A stretch of DNA of 64,000 nt from Tricharina praecox (Eukaryota), in contig NW_026250406.1 in NCBI RefSeq assembly GCF_024521635.1, forward strand, positions 434,001-498,000, read 5' to 3'. A program made the position numbers and the translations under genes. Shown here piece by piece: positions 37,462 through 51,507 of the stretch (within the stretch, counting starts at the first letter, position 1; each line of letters opens with the position of its first letter). Below the pieces are notes generated by a model. It was not told the DNA's origin. It ran no database searches and was given only the letters and a program-made list of their open reading frames with translations.

Positions 37462-37533
37462 GCCCTGGTGGCCAAGCGGTAAGGCGCGTCACTCGTAATG
37501 ACGAGATCGCCGGTTCAATTCCGGTCCAGGGCA
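37462..37533 (+). tRNA. tRNA-Thr(CGT), intronless
   Basis: GCCCTGGTGGCCAAGCGGTAAGGCGCGTCACT-CGT-AATGACGAGATCGCCGGTTCAATTCCGGTCCAGGGCA; T-run terminator; identical to 59332..59403. Confidence 0.96.
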
Positions 37534-37639
37534 TCTAACTTTTTGCTCTCCCTGGAGAGGCTCCAACTTTTTTTGCCAAACAGAAAGAACGTGTGAAAAA
37601 AACACCCTGAACACCTCTCCTAGCCTCTGTGTGATTATC

Positions 37640-37778
37640 AAATGCATTCGACTACCAAACGCATTCGAATACCAATACCAAACGCGTTCGACTACCAAAC
37701 GCATTCGAATACCAATACCAAACGCGTTCGACTACCAAACGCATTCGACCACCAAACGCATTCGATTACCAAACGCGA
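37640..37778 (+). repeat. Minisatellite, ~18/24-bp units (ACCAAACGC(A/G)TTCGA..), ~7 copies
   Basis: Directly visible ~110 bp downstream of tRNA-Thr(CGT). Confidence 0.85.
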
Positions 37779-40700
37779 TACGTCGATACCTTCTCTCTAC
37801 ATAAAGTAAGCTTTTTTCTTTCTTTCTCCGTGGGTGTTTTTGGGTATCATAGGTACTGTGCCACGCGTGCCCACGGTGATATGAAAAAAGAAAGAAGTTT
37901 TTTTCTTCGCCGGCAACACGCGATATATCGTCTGATTATACCTTTCCTACATACATACGTTGGCACTTGGGAGGCGACGCTTTTCTTCGTGTACTCTATG
38001 TGCACACGCGATGTGCTGCCGTTTAGTTTTTGGTTCGCATGCAAGGCGCTCGGCTGCTCGGTTGCACCGGTTCGGCTGGACACCTCCGATAGTAGCCCGC
38101 CTGTGGGCCCCCGCTTTGCCTTGTATATACCGGGAAAACGCAAAATACAGAGAAGGCTGAATGAGTTAAGTTCTTTGTATGTTGGGGGAACCGTTCTTTC
38201 AATACAACACAACAAGATCGTCGATTGGGAGCTCAGTTACTCGCGCTGCGATGTGTGCCACTGCACTGGGAGGTCATCATCATACATGCATACTTTCGAG
38301 CGGGCTACTAATAAACTGATCAAGTACCCACGGTATGTCGGGGCTAGAAGCTTGGAACCGCTCCGACGAAGTTTTTGCCTATGTATGCGCTGCACTGCAC
38401 TGCAATGCCCGCCCCCACCCTCTAACTCGCCACTCGGGGGCGGGGAAGAGCTGCCAGAAGCGGGGGCCGCCCGCTCGTATAATGGAGTGGGCGGAAGTTG
38501 GAACGAATGCGACAGATTCACCGGTGGTCACCTGTCTATCTGTCTGTGTCTATGGCAGTGCATCTACGAGAATATACGACCGAGCTTGACCAACCAGTAC
38601 AACACCGCAGTGCAGCGCCGCACCGTCACAATCACCATCACCGTCACCGACTCACCGGAGAGTCTGTGGGCCCTCGGCGGGACGTCCGGACGTCGCAGCG
38701 CGACCGTTGGTTAGCGGCCATTGTATAGTATACCTACTCTAATCTATAGTAGAGTGGTTCATACATCCGAAATGTACAGCAATCTATGTGAAGCAGACGT
38801 CCAGGACTGTCCTGTCAACGGCGAAATTCCAATCTGCCACATGACGGCTCGAGCTCGGGGGCTCGAGTCGGGGCTTTCGTACCCGCTCTCTCTCTCTCTC
38901 TCTCGCAAAAGATGCCCTACATGCCGAGTCGACGCGACGCGTTTAACGTTATCCTGGTGGGCCGGTGGCTGGACACGAATGGCGGAGATTCGAATCGTTC
39001 CAACTTCCGTATCCCACAACGACAACAACTCTAAAGTGGGTAACTAGGTAGGTAGCCAGCTGCTGAGATTCCCGCGCCCACCCCAGCCCCCGCAATTCTC
39101 ATCCCCCAAGCCCTCCTTCGTGCTCGGGGGAACTTGGAAGAGTAGTTATCTCGAGATGGGGGCCGCGACCACAGGTCCACTGCGATACGTCGATACGGAA
39201 TACCGGTACATATGATCACGACCAGCGGCGCAGTACTAGACTACCGTACTAACTAGGTAGTACGATCGGTAGACCGGTGCAGTGCGATGCCATGAATCAT
39301 GAGCGCAGTGGTCGGTATCCTGGCGCGCCTGGACCAAAACTCCGCATTTGAGGCACTTTGTGATCAACATCTGGGGAAATATACAGGTGTGCAAGGTTGT
39401 CCGGGGGCCCGGGAAATTCGCAGTTCCACGCTATGCGGGTCCTGACTGCCCCCCCTCTCCCCCCACATATTTTACGGGATGTACCTACCCCACATACGAG
39501 ACAGTCTGCAGGGTATGGAAGTTGGAACTTCGCTTGGAGCCGAGAATTCCAACCACCTCTGTCTGCTCCGAACGCCGCATAGGTACATAGGCAGGTAGCG
39601 GTGCACCACAAGTATGTACATAGGACGCTCGCTTCGCTATTTCTCGGTGAAGCCAGGCGCTTAGGGGCGTCTTGGAGAGGGACAAGTACTTGGGGTATCG
39701 GTACAGAGCTTCTTTATGGTACGGCTATGTGCGCAACAATACTAAACGGGATGCCTAAACAGCAAATGACGTTCTGTCTGTCAGTACTTGGTGATCGAAC
39801 ATAAAGGGCTTCCGGTGGGGGCCTTAATACCAGGCGGCCAGGCCTCCTTGGTGGGCCTCTGAACTTTGAAGCCTACGTCGATGGCAAGAATCTGTTCCAC
39901 GGACCGCGGTTTCAGATCACATCTGTACCAGTATTGATTTGGCTTCGTTGCCATATCGTCTTAGGAATGTCTGGATCAGAAGCTTCGGGGGACCTGAGTA
40001 GATTGTTCATCACGATGTATTGGTCGACAGCGTTTCCCAAGATACCAGAGTACCGGATTGCGGAAGGTATGATCAATGATGATCAATGATCATGGAACCA
40101 ACTCAAGCTCCAACGATGAGCCCGCCCCCAAAAACAAAGAACCTCCCACTTGCCACGTTCGGGGCACCAATCTAATATCTATCCCCAGGATTCCATTTAT
40201 AGTCGAGTGGAAGCATTCTCGGTCCGTCTGCCATCTTGGCATTCCCGAATACCGGACCAGCCCTCCCACTACCAAGTGTCCACACTAGCAAGCTTCGCCG
40301 GCAAAGCTGCCGCTTCCCCGCGTGTTGACCGGATCGGCGGAACACCCTGCATATGTACATGTCTCACTGACGCCACTGAGGAGCAGCGCTCCACGCGCAC
40401 TCTAATCCGGCGGAATCGCGGTACCGCAGCAGACGTCAAAACAACGTGGCGCGTGTGTGTCGGTGACGGCCGTCCAACGAGAACGTCCGTTGGCCAGTCG
40501 CGGGGTGGGTGCGTGCGAGGAACTCCGAACTAACCAACCGGAAAAAGAGTTCTGACTTTCTGCCCTGGTTATTTGGTTATGTACTAGTACTCAGTTAGCA
40601 TTCGATTGTCTGTATACGGCTGCGATCGACGGAGGGGGAATATAATCCTTTTCACCCGTGATGATGTACGAGACACTCTTCGACGGCGCCCACGGTCCAC

Positions 40701-41676
40701 GGCCCGCGACGGTGGGATTGGCTTGGCTAGGGAAACTACCTTGAAAGCCGCCGGTGAGCATCTTTTTTTCTTTTCTTTTTCTGCCTTCTTGAAGAACCAC
40801 CGACGACGGCGGCGGCTTTCTCGACAATGAGGCTCCTCCGCAGGATGGATCCGTCGGGTCGCGCCATGTGACTGACCCCGTCCCTGGAGGATCCGAATTT
40901 CATCTATGCGGCTGCGAAGTACGGTATGTACCCAATCTCGGAGCCGAGAAGTTCATTGCATCGGAGCCAGGAAAAATTCCCAATTTCCACGAACCCGCTG
41001 AGATTTCCCTGGGGAGGGACCGGGCGTGTGGGGAGAAGCTACTACCTGGCGCGCGCGGCGGATCGATTGACGAGGCGGTATGCACATAGGTACGTTGTTG
41101 TCCGTGGTGTCGGGAATGCGGTCCGGCCCCGCCGGAGTTCTCTGCAGGCCAGGGGTGGGTGCGAAGGGCTCGGCCGTTGACAATAAGCACTTGTCCACCA
41201 GAGCCGATCCCCGTGGGGAACCGGGACGCTCGCCTCTCATGCACGCCCCGGATAAACTCTATCTAGGCAAGGCTGCGTTGGGGGGGTTTCGAGTCCCTCT
41301 TGGAGTCTTGGACTGGCCGCGGTGCACGCGGTGCATGTATGGCTGGACGGGCGTGGGGTACATTTGCAACGCGGCTCGGTGGGCGTGGTGGACTTGTTGT
41401 CTGTCAGTCTGTCAGTCTGTCAGTCAGTCTGTCGCATGCGGGGCGATCAATCTCGGGGTATGGACCATGGGCCCACCGGGGAGGGGGAGGCGGGGAGGGG
41501 AGGGGGGAGCCTTACTATGCACATACTACCCTACAGGGTTATGGGTATCTAAGGATTTGCTATATAAACTATCCCCAGCGAACCCCACATTTTTCTTCCC
41601 TTCTCTGGTCCCAGCACATACGCTCGTACGCACGCACGCCAGAACAGATCGCCAAACGTGCAAACGGTACCCCACC

Positions 41677-43447
41677 ATGGCTTCCAAAGTGATACCGATC
41701 GCCATTCCGACCCCGGTCGAGGCCGCCGTCGACCCGCTCGTCACCACGCTCGCCGACGCAGATGAGCGCCGCTGGTTCCAGAAGCCGAACCTCCGCTCCC
41801 TCTACTTTTTGATGATTCCGGGGCTGTTAGGCGTCGAGTACACGTCCGGATTCGACTCGTCGATGATGAACGGTATCCAGACCATCGTCTACTGGGAGGA
41901 GTATTTTGGAAACCCGAGGAAGGCCCAGCTCGGTATCCTGACCGCGTCGTACTCGCTCGGATGTCTGGCTGCCCTGCCCGTTGTCCCGCTGGTGAACGAG
42001 AAGTACGGGAGGAAGATGGCTATCTACGTCGGCTCGGTCATCATGATTATTGGCGCCGTCCTGCAGGGTGCCAGTCAGAACTGTAAGTGGCACTCGGGAG
42101 GGGAAAGGGAAAGAAGGGACTCGTACTAATATGACAAACCACAGTTGCCATGTTCGTTATCGCGCGTCTGATTCTTGGCTACGGAATCCCGTTCGCCATC
42201 GTAGCTGCCTCATCGCTCATTGGAGAACTTTCGCATCCTCGGGAGCGGCCCATCATGACGTCGCTTTTCAACTGCTCCTGGTTCATTGGCGCCATCATCG
42301 CCGCCGGAATCAATCTGGGAACTTATGACATGCCCAACAATTGGTCGTGGCGAATTCCCAGTTATCTTCAATTCGTACCGAGTTTGACGCAGCTTGCGGC
42401 CTTGTGGTGAGATCCCCCTCAATGTCCTTTTTCGTGAGAAAACGAGTGCTGATGCGGATATCAGGGCCATCCCCGAATCACCTCGTTTCTTGGTCTCCAA
42501 GGACAGGTACGAAGAGGCTCGCGCGATTCTGATCAAGTACCACGCCGAGGGCGACGAAGACAGTGAGCTGGTGGCAGCCGAGATGGCTCAGATCCGCGCG
42601 ACCATCGAGACCGAGCTCGAGAACAAGAAGATGGGCTGGATGCAATTCTTCACGTCGGCGGCCAACCGCAAGCGTGCGGTGCTGGCGCTCTGCATCGGTG
42701 TATTCGCGCAGTGGTCCGGCAACAACCCACTGTCGTTCTACCTCAAGAAGATCCTCGACCAGGTCGGCATCACCGACCGTCGCGAGCAGAACATCATCAA
42801 CCTGGGCATGACGTGTTGGTCGCTCTGCACCGGTCTCTTCTCGGCCCTCATCGTCCGGAAGTTCCGCCGCCGCAGCACCTTCCTGACCTCCATCTCGGGC
42901 ATGTTCTGCGTGTACATCGCGCTCACCGTCGCGTCCTCGCAGTACGCGAAAAACGGAACCAAGGGCGCCGGAATCGCCACCCTCACCGCCATCTTCGCCT
43001 ACAATCCCTTCTACAATCTGGCCTTCAACGCGCTGACCTACACCTATCTGGTCGAGATCTTCCCCTTCACCATCCGGCCCAAGGGTATCACCATGCAGCA
43101 GTTCTGGGGTCGTCTGGCCACGTTCATCAACACCTTCGTCAACCCCATCGGCCTGGACACCATCGGCTGGAAGTACTACATCTGGTACTGTGTGTGGCTG
43201 ATCGTGGAGCTCATCGTCGTGTACATCATCTACCCCGAGACTTCGAACCGTTCGCTCGAAGAGTTGGCGTTCAGTAAGCATCCACCTCCCGTGCACCACT
43301 TGATTCAAATTACTGACGCATTCCCCAGTGTTCGAGGGCCAGGACATGCAAGACCGCGTCAACGCGAAGGTGGAAAAGGGATACGCAGCGCATCTGGAGC
43401 ACACATCGATCCCGGTGGACGACAAGGAGGTTGCCGCGAAGGTTTGA
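41677..43447 (+). CDS. MFS sugar porter, lactose permease/cellodextrin transporter-like; join(41677..42082,42145..42406,42465..43273,43329..43447), ~531 aa
   Basis: Motifs GFDSSMMNGIQ, YGRK, ELSHPRER, WSWRIPS.LQ, PESPRFL, FAQWSGN, YLVEIFPF.IR.KG, NPIGL..IGWKYYI, PETSNRSLEEL. Three phase-consistent introns. Confidence 0.93.
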
Positions 43448-44239
43448 AACCTGGAGTGCTGGAAGTGTATGTCTGTTGCTTTTTCTGTTGTTGGATGATT
43501 ATGAATACTGGGTTTTCCATTCCCATCGACGTATCGTACCATGGTGATGCCAACATCTGCGTGACCCTTCTGCAAAATCGAGTAAATCTCGTGAAATCAA
43601 TCTAGCTGCTCGCAAGAATGGATCCGTTTTTCAGAAACGAATATCCTCGTGCTCGGCGCCCGGCCGCTATTTTCTATTGTGTTTTCTTTCAGTTTCGGTT
43701 TCGTATCCTTTATGCAATCGTTCCTGATTAGTACAACATCATACTGTTCTCCGCACCGCCGAGGAGACTTCAGCCGTGTACCTCAAGTGTCCCATCGCAA
43801 ACAGCCTGCTTATTCTTGGAGTAGTTGGCGGCCATACAGACGATGGCGAAGACGACCGCGATACCAAACAGGAAAATGGCCGGCGGGAGAGAAAGAGCTG
43901 GTGGTGTACCCAGAATATGCGGTTTTCCCTATCCAGTCCCCTTCGGCCGTACTCGGTGTTTCTACTCAGCGGTGCCAGTCAGTCAAATGCTCGGATCTAA
44001 TCCGTCCCCTCCTCCAGCAGGGCAGGAATCACATAGAAAGCGCATACCAAGCTCACATTTGTAGCCATTCTCCTGGTCCGTCAGCCTTCCTCCTCTCTCG
44101 ATCCAGATCTTCATTCTTCTGCTCTTCTCCCTCCTTCTGTTAGCCGTGTCCGTGCTCCCGCGAAGAAAAGAAAAGAAAGAGCCAAGTACATATAACCGGA
44201 CCACGCTCTCCTAGGTTCCTCCACACATAACTCGGGCGA

Positions 44240-44640
44240 GGAGGACGACCAGGAGGACGATGGCGACGAGGACGACCGTGTGGCAGAGTGATGGAGGATC
44301 TGTCGGCAAGAGGAGGAGGAGCTATCGGCGAGAGCAGGAAGTAATGGACGAGCTGTCGGCTGGAGGAGGAAATGAAGGAGGACACCTGTCGGCGGGAGAA
44401 ATCGAATGTGGTTAGTAGTGGGCATCAACTTTGGCGGGCATGGCGGGGTTGTCTTCTTCGTCTGCTTCTTCTTCGCCGTCTTCTTCTTTCTTGATTATCA
44501 TCTATCGAACAGCCAGCAAACCCCCCGGCCCCCCCATATCCCATGTCTTCTCTGTCATGATTGATCTTTCTTTCTTGCCCGACTCGTCAGGCCTAGAGAG
44601 GCATTGGCAAAGGGCCCTCGAAATTAGCGTATCTCCGCCC
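44240..44640 (-). repeat. Dispersed repeat or gene relic, copy A (paralog of 58780-59070)
   Basis: Shared core gttgatgcccactactaaccacattcg.tttctcccgc.gacagg (minus strand), which is an intron branch point plus acceptor, with flanking acidic-codon similarity. Confidence 0.6.
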
Positions 44641-47600
44641 TCCGCTGTTCCATTTCCCTCCCTTCAGTGACCGCTAATCGAATTTCGGAATACTCAGAAT
44701 CGAATTTCGGAATACTCAGAATCGCAGACCGTGTCGATGTGCCGCGTGAGCGGCCATGAACGAACGAGAACATGTGACCGCAATCACGACCGTGCCGGGC
44801 ACGTGCTACACATGACAGTCCCGTCTCGCGTGCGAGAAGCTATCACGTGCTGTATGGAACAAGGAGGCATCTCGTCGTCGCGCGGTCACTCGGTTCCGTG
44901 TATCTTTTCGTGTTGCAGTGTGCGCGATCACACCAAGCCGGGGCGGGCGATGGACCGAGCGGTGGTGGTTGTTGGGGGTGGGTGCCCTTTGCTGGGGCGG
45001 GCGGGAAAGGTTTCTGGAAGGCTGGGTGCGGAATACATTGATGTATCAGGTATTTACTCCCTCCCTCTCACCGAGTCATCGGTGCTACCGTGGACGGCAC
45101 GGGAAGCGGTGCGTAGTACTGCCTAATACCTAGTGCCGTATCATCGAAAATCAGCTCTCAGCTCTCAGCTCTGTCGTTAACGATGAAAAGAGAAAGCCAG
45201 TCAGTGTACCACCGTGAACGATTATCGTTCTTCGAAGTTTGCACGCACTCTACGCATATAGGCAATTCCACGCTCGCGCCAACTTACGCCTGCATTAACT
45301 ACGTCACTCCACCGCCGGCCCTCCGTCCACAGAATTTCACGATGCATGACGTCTTCTCGCCGCGTCTCACAGCATGTCACGACTCACGATGCATGACGTC
45401 TTCGCGCCGCGTCTCGGGAGCCCACTACATTGCCGATGCCTCTTCCCGCACCGCCGCCGCAGGTCCACAGCAGCGACTCTTCAGCTGTAACCCGAGCACC
45501 TATTCTGGAAGGCGTGGAAAGATTGAAATCTCACATTGGAGCTGGAGATAGTGGTCGTCACTCGCCTTCGAATTACCCCCTTCACCTTTCGCAACCGAGT
45601 GCCAACCCATGTCCTCGCACTCCCGGTTCCCCGAACCGCCGAGCAGAGTGCTGCACGACAGCACCAAGCCTGTTTCTTGCTCGAATACAGCTCGTCGGCG
45701 GCAGAAAATGTCATTGCGATATGTTCCCCTCCCGACCCCGTCGCACGAACACGGAACGCGTCTCGGCGCCCAGAGCGATCGGCGCTGACATCTGCAGGTT
45801 GTTCCGATATTTACCCAGTCCTAACTCTATCGTCCTTTGAAAGCTGACCGTCGTAGGAGAAGGGAGAAGGAAAAGGGACGGCGGAGGAGTCTCTAATCTC
45901 GATAGACAGCGCGACGGAAACGGAAACGGAAATCGAATCATGAAAGCAGTCACCGGCCGATCCCGCGCGTGCATATGGCACCTGCGCTCTCCCTCTCCCT
46001 CAAGCCGCGATTCAAGTTTGGCTCGGGATCCTGATCTGATCTGATCTGTGCGGACTCCGCTGAGACACCCGGATCTGGTTGATGGACTGTGGTGGTGATG
46101 CATGCGCCGAGTAGAGTAGGTCCGTGCTATCACCTCAAACCTGTGGCACCGCCGTCCAAATATTAGTAGTAACTAACCGAGTACCATTGCATGCATAGTT
46201 ACCAGCCACCCCCGTCTCTCCGTCCGACGTCCGCACGCAAGATTAGCCCAACAGTGGCAGCGCTGGCCGTGGTACTAGTTACTCTAAAGCCCTGGCCTTC
46301 GCGGCGCGACTACAAGAGACATTTCTAAACTTACGCGCAGTCAGGTGTCGTCGCGCCAGCACGGCGCGGCTGGCTCGATCGGGAAAAGTGTCATACTCAG
46401 AGTCTGAGACATCGCTACTAGGCGACGGTTTGTGGCAGATCTCTGCATTAAGTCCAATTCCAATGCTTCGCGAGCGCCAGTCAATCCGAATCCTCCGACT
46501 GATCGTCAATCAGCTTCCATAAGCGACTTTCGGCGATGTCAAGTGTGGCCAGCCGCCCGTGGGTGGCGGAAAATCCTCAGCAACGCCGACGCTCGACGCC
46601 GACTCTCGAGATCGTCGACGCCGCGTCCCGGCCGCTGACGCCACTACGCACGCTGTTGAAGCCTGGTGGCTGGCTGAGACCTGACACCTGTCACGGCGGG
46701 CGCTCGCACAGTTGCACTCGTCCCTCCCGCCGTCCCACGTACTCAACTAGCACCGCAGCTGTGCTCTCAGCTCTGTGTCTCTGTGTCTCCGAGAGTCTGC
46801 TACGGTAAGTCAATCCCACTGTCCACGTGCGACTCTATTTATGTAGAGTTACTGAGTACAGACAGGCACACTACAACTTCCAAGTTCCGTCCTGGAGTGA
46901 CCAAGTTATGCATACCAAGTAGATAACTGAAATTGCGGCCACGGTCAGTCAGTTCCACGTGCGACTCGTCACTCTACTTATGTAGAGTACAGAAAGACTC
47001 CCACTTCCAAGTTCCGTCCTGGAGTAACCAGATAACTAAGTACCTAGATAACAAACATTGGCGGCCATGGGCACGAGCTCGGGGGCTGGCGAAATCGCAC
47101 TGTCGTACGAGACCCACCGTCAACCATCTACGTGGAAGGGTTGAATGCCTTGAAACTTGTCGATCGTGAGGGGGAAGAGGGGTGGTGCACTGGTGCGTTG
47201 TCCGTTTCCTTCAATCTATGTGCATTATACCTGAGTACATACAGGTCGCGCCGGTGGCAACGGCAATGGCAGTGGAAAAAACAATCGCCCGGCATCTGGC
47301 TGTGGATCCCTCCACTACCCCCGCCCCTCCAAAAAAAAACAACTATCCTCGGCCGGCTATCGGTAGGTAGCCGATGGCGGTGAGTGAGTGGGGCTCCGTC
47401 AGTCCATTCCGTCGTCCGTTGATGTTGCGCAAACTCTCCTCGAGGAGCGCGAGCGAGCATTCGGCTGAAAGCTTACGTACCTCCTAGGTCTTATGTTACT
47501 ATGTACGAGCTGAGTGCTCGGCGGATCGGACATGCACGGACGGATTCGCGGAATGCTGGCGTATGATTCAACCTCAACCACAACCACAACTACAGCTCGT

Positions 47601-50419
47601 ACGCTGAGTTTGAGATTCGGGAGGCGAGAATCGAGGGATGGAACAGTCACTGGTGGGTGGATTGAGTGCACTCATTCCGGAATCCGGATGCCCTCCCCCC
47701 AACCCCCCTCCCCCATCTAAAGTTTGCAGCTGATATATCATATGTGTATATGTGTCCCAAGGACTGGGTCGTGGATGTATCTGGAGATGGAGGGGCCGGC
47801 ATAGCAGGTTTGTTATGCGCAAACAATCAACAGCGTACAAGTTTCATGCCGGCGGCGAATTTCGAAATACCGCACGCACGCACGCCTCTCTCGGCACGGA
47901 CAGGTCTGCGGCGATCATTGTCAGTCCGTATGTCAGTATGTATCATGAGGCATCTCTCCACCCCACTCCACTCGAATGAACTGCACTCCCTACCATCCGT
48001 CCCGCATGCGCCAGCGCAATGGCAATGCCCATCGTCGTCATCGCAACTTCAGGCAAGGCGTGCGTGGGTGGAGAAGAAGCACGGACACGTACATACATAC
48101 ATGCATCCATTGACCGCATCATCTCTCTTTTCTCCGGATCGCCCATCTGGCGCCACAGTTGCAGTTACAGTTGCAGTTGCAGGTGAAGTTGCGGTTCCAT
48201 GTGCAGGTCCGGCCGCCAAACCGATCTACACTGTACAGACTACGGTACGGCAGCACATATACTTCATACATATCATATGATACCATACCACCCCCGCAGC
48301 CCGCGAGTCTTTCTTTGTATTTCTCCGCTGGGGGTGGGCGGTGGGCGGTGGGCGGGGGTGATGGGGGTGATGGCTGTAGGTTTCGCAATAGGTAACCTAA
48401 TAATTAACCTTGAAGATTCCGTACATACCGCACATATGATGTGCATTGTGGAGCACATCCCTACAGCGGGGTTGCGAGCGAAGCCTTCGTTGTCTACCGA
48501 CTACCGTACGTTCCCTACATACCCTTCCCTACCCTACGGTACTCTACCTACTTTATGTATGTATGTATGTACCTCTGTAGGTACCTCTGTAGGTACCTGT
48601 GTAGTTACCTGTGTAGGTAATGGCACTCCATCTGAATTCTCGAATAAACTACAGTACTCTGCACCGCACTGCATGATGCTGCTGCACGTCCGCCGATCCA
48701 CCATAAACACACACACACACACACACACACGCCTTGCCGTGACCGGTAACCCGTTCGCCTCCCGCGGCAATTCCATGGATGAGGGATGATGGATCCAACG
48801 TTCACTGCGGCAGCATGTCGATCTCCCCCCGGCGATTGGTCGATTGGTCGATTCAAGGTTGGTCGATTCAAGGTTGGTCGATTCAAGGTTGTGAGCGCGG
48901 CAAATGGGTACACCGCAAACCGTAAACCACAACTGTCGGGCTGGCGAGTGATATGGTACGTACCACTTCGATGTTTACTGTTCAATGTTCAACCCGCCTG
49001 CCATCGCAATCGCCGTCGCCATCGCCATCCCGCCCTCGCGTGGTACGGGCACGGGGCCTCTGTCTCGCGGATCCTATCTAGGACTACAGGCTGTCCTTAT
49101 CTCGCGGCGGTGGGAGCGCTGGTCTGGTGGACGGTGAACGGTTGACCGCATTGCCCCCCGGCCCCCGCGGCCCCTGTTCAACAGGCGATAACTTACTTGA
49201 TTACTTGCTTCACACGATGCGATGCTACCACACGATGCTAGACACGATGCTAGGGTGAGTGGTCAGTGGTCACGGACTCGAGGTGCACAGACTTGAGGCT
49301 TGAGGCTTGCGCTGCACGGACTGGAGCTGCACGGACTGAGCTGCACGGACTGGAGCTGCATGGACGGGGTGGTGTGGTGGTGGGTTGCTGTAGTCTGTAG
49401 ATATCGTGAGGAAGCCCGGCCGCACTGCACTGCACTGGCAAGTGGCAACTACATGCATGCACGGCAGCACAAGCACGGGCTCCCGGCGCCGGGCGAAGTA
49501 ATGCGGCCGGATGGGCGGGCGGCTGCTCTCCGCCCGCATGCCCACGATTCTACGAACGCACTGTAGTGTGTGGAATGCCTTTTCTTGCGCAAGAGCCGCA
49601 CCCCCGGCCCCCCAGCAATCGGGCAGAGGAGGGAGGGCGGAGGGCGGAGTGGTGCGAGAAGTGCGAGCAGTGCAGCTGGAGTGGAGAGTAAACAATCGCT
49701 GACTCCTCTACTATACTCAGCTCGGCACGTATTCTACGTCGTCGTCTTCCACCTCTTCGGGCGAAGCCTTCGCCTTCGCCTCGCCTGAGCAGCTGAGCTC
49801 GGTATGCCTACGGTACATATTAGATACACAATCACGGGTCGTTGCGCGTTGTGTACCGAAATGTATGTACATACACAGCCTACAGGCTCAGCTGCAAAGT
49901 AGATGCAGACGTAGATTTCCAGGCTCGAAGCTGGCCGGCCGGCTGGAGGTGGAGGTGGAGGTGGAGGTGGAGATTGAACCCCTCTAGCCTGTCCTATGTA
50001 GGTAGCATGCAGGGAAAAGGGAAAAGGGATTGGAACGCGAGGGAAAAGGGATTGGAACGCGAGGGAAAAGGAAACTTTCGGAAGTGGAGGGCGCTGACTT
50101 CCAGCTGGGGGCGGGCGGGGGATGAGGGAGGTGGTTGTGCTCGTAGATGGGTACGGTATGTATCTTACTTTGACCTTGGTTACTGGGGCCGTATGGGGTA
50201 GAACATTCTGCCTGCTACATACTTCTCACGAGGAAGGAAGGAAGGAGATCTGCCGGTGGTGGTGGTGGCGTGACGGACTTTTTTACTACTGAATTCTTCT
50301 TTTTTCTTCTTTTTTTTCTCCTCGTTCTTCTTTTATCTTTCTTATTTCCTTTCTTTTTTTTATCCCGGGGGAGAGCTCGTGGAATTTCATTTCCACAAAG
50401 GGGACGGGGTAGAGGGGAC

Positions 50420-50446
50420 GGGGGGGGGGGGGGGGGGGGGGGGGGG
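50420..50446 (+). repeat. Poly-G run (27 nt)
   Basis: Directly visible ~1.06 kb upstream of the aquaporin start. Confidence 0.9.
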
Positions 50447-50975
50447 CGAAGAAGCAAAAATTATTCCCATCAGCATTTGGCATTTGGGGGCAGTTGGGGT
50501 GGAATCCGTTTGAAGTTGAGCTGAAAAGGGGTGGGGATTAGTAGGTTCCTACTAGAGTAGAGTACCGCAGAGTAGAGTGCGGGTGTACGATGACCACGAT
50601 GCTATGGAGGTAGGTACATGGAGTATGTAGAGTACATGGTCGGGCGCAGCCAATCCGAGACGGCCAATTTAGCCAAACCCCCCCTCTTCGCTCGTGGAGT
50701 CGTGGGTCCCGCGAAGGCCTCGTGGACGACGACAATCGCGTGGAAGGACATGGCTTCAGTCTAGCTCTGGCATGATTGATGCAGCCCGCCGTCGTCGGTC
50801 CCAGACTGCGTGCGCCTGCTGTATGTACATACTGTGATGTATCATATGTGCATACCCAAATGATTTTGTACGCACCTATCACCTGCGCACTGTACGTCGC
50901 ACGCTGCCCTCTTCGCCGGGACCGCCACGGTCGAATCCAACATGCATGACGGCGAGCCACTACCGCCAGCCGCCA

Positions 50976-51012
<37 letters not shown>

Positions 51013-51507
51013 CTCCGGCTCTGGCTCCGGCTCCAGCCATGGCGAGGGCGAGGACCCGTACCGCACCGTATCGTACCGTGCTCACTCGTAGTCTCCCCTC
51101 CCCGTACAACACGAACTGCGAACTCACTGGCATGCCACATACATAAGACGCTGTCGTTCCCACCCCCAACCACATGTCCGTTCGTTTGTCGCAGCAGCTG
51201 CAGCGGCCTCAACTTCTTGCTTCTTCTTCTTCCTTTTCCCCCTTCTCCCCCCCAGAAGTTTAACCCTTCTTCTCCACCTTCTTCTTCGTCGCATTCTTCT
51301 TCGCCGCATTCTTCCATCCTCCTCTTTACCCGCCGCAGTTGTTGCTGTTTCGAGTCGGTTGCATACTACGAGACGCTATTCCGAGCTGCGTCTGTGTCAC
51401 CTCCGTCCCGTAGTTCGCTAGCGCAGCAGCCACAGCTGCTACCATCTTCGAACCCGACTCAACCTCTTCCTCTGCCACCACCACATCAACAACTCGAAAC
51501 CTCGAAG

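Noticed and set aside
37830..38714. 294-aa ORF
   Set aside because: GTG start, runs through microsatellite-like sequence, no motif.
40299..40312. CGG-N8-CCG Zn2Cys6-type site upstream of the sugar porter
   Set aside because: Single short motif expected by chance in GC-rich DNA; needs conservation data.
42478..43575. 365-aa minus-strand ORF (likewise 15666..16340 and 18028..18864)
   Set aside because: Antisense shadows of GC3-rich genes on the opposite strand.
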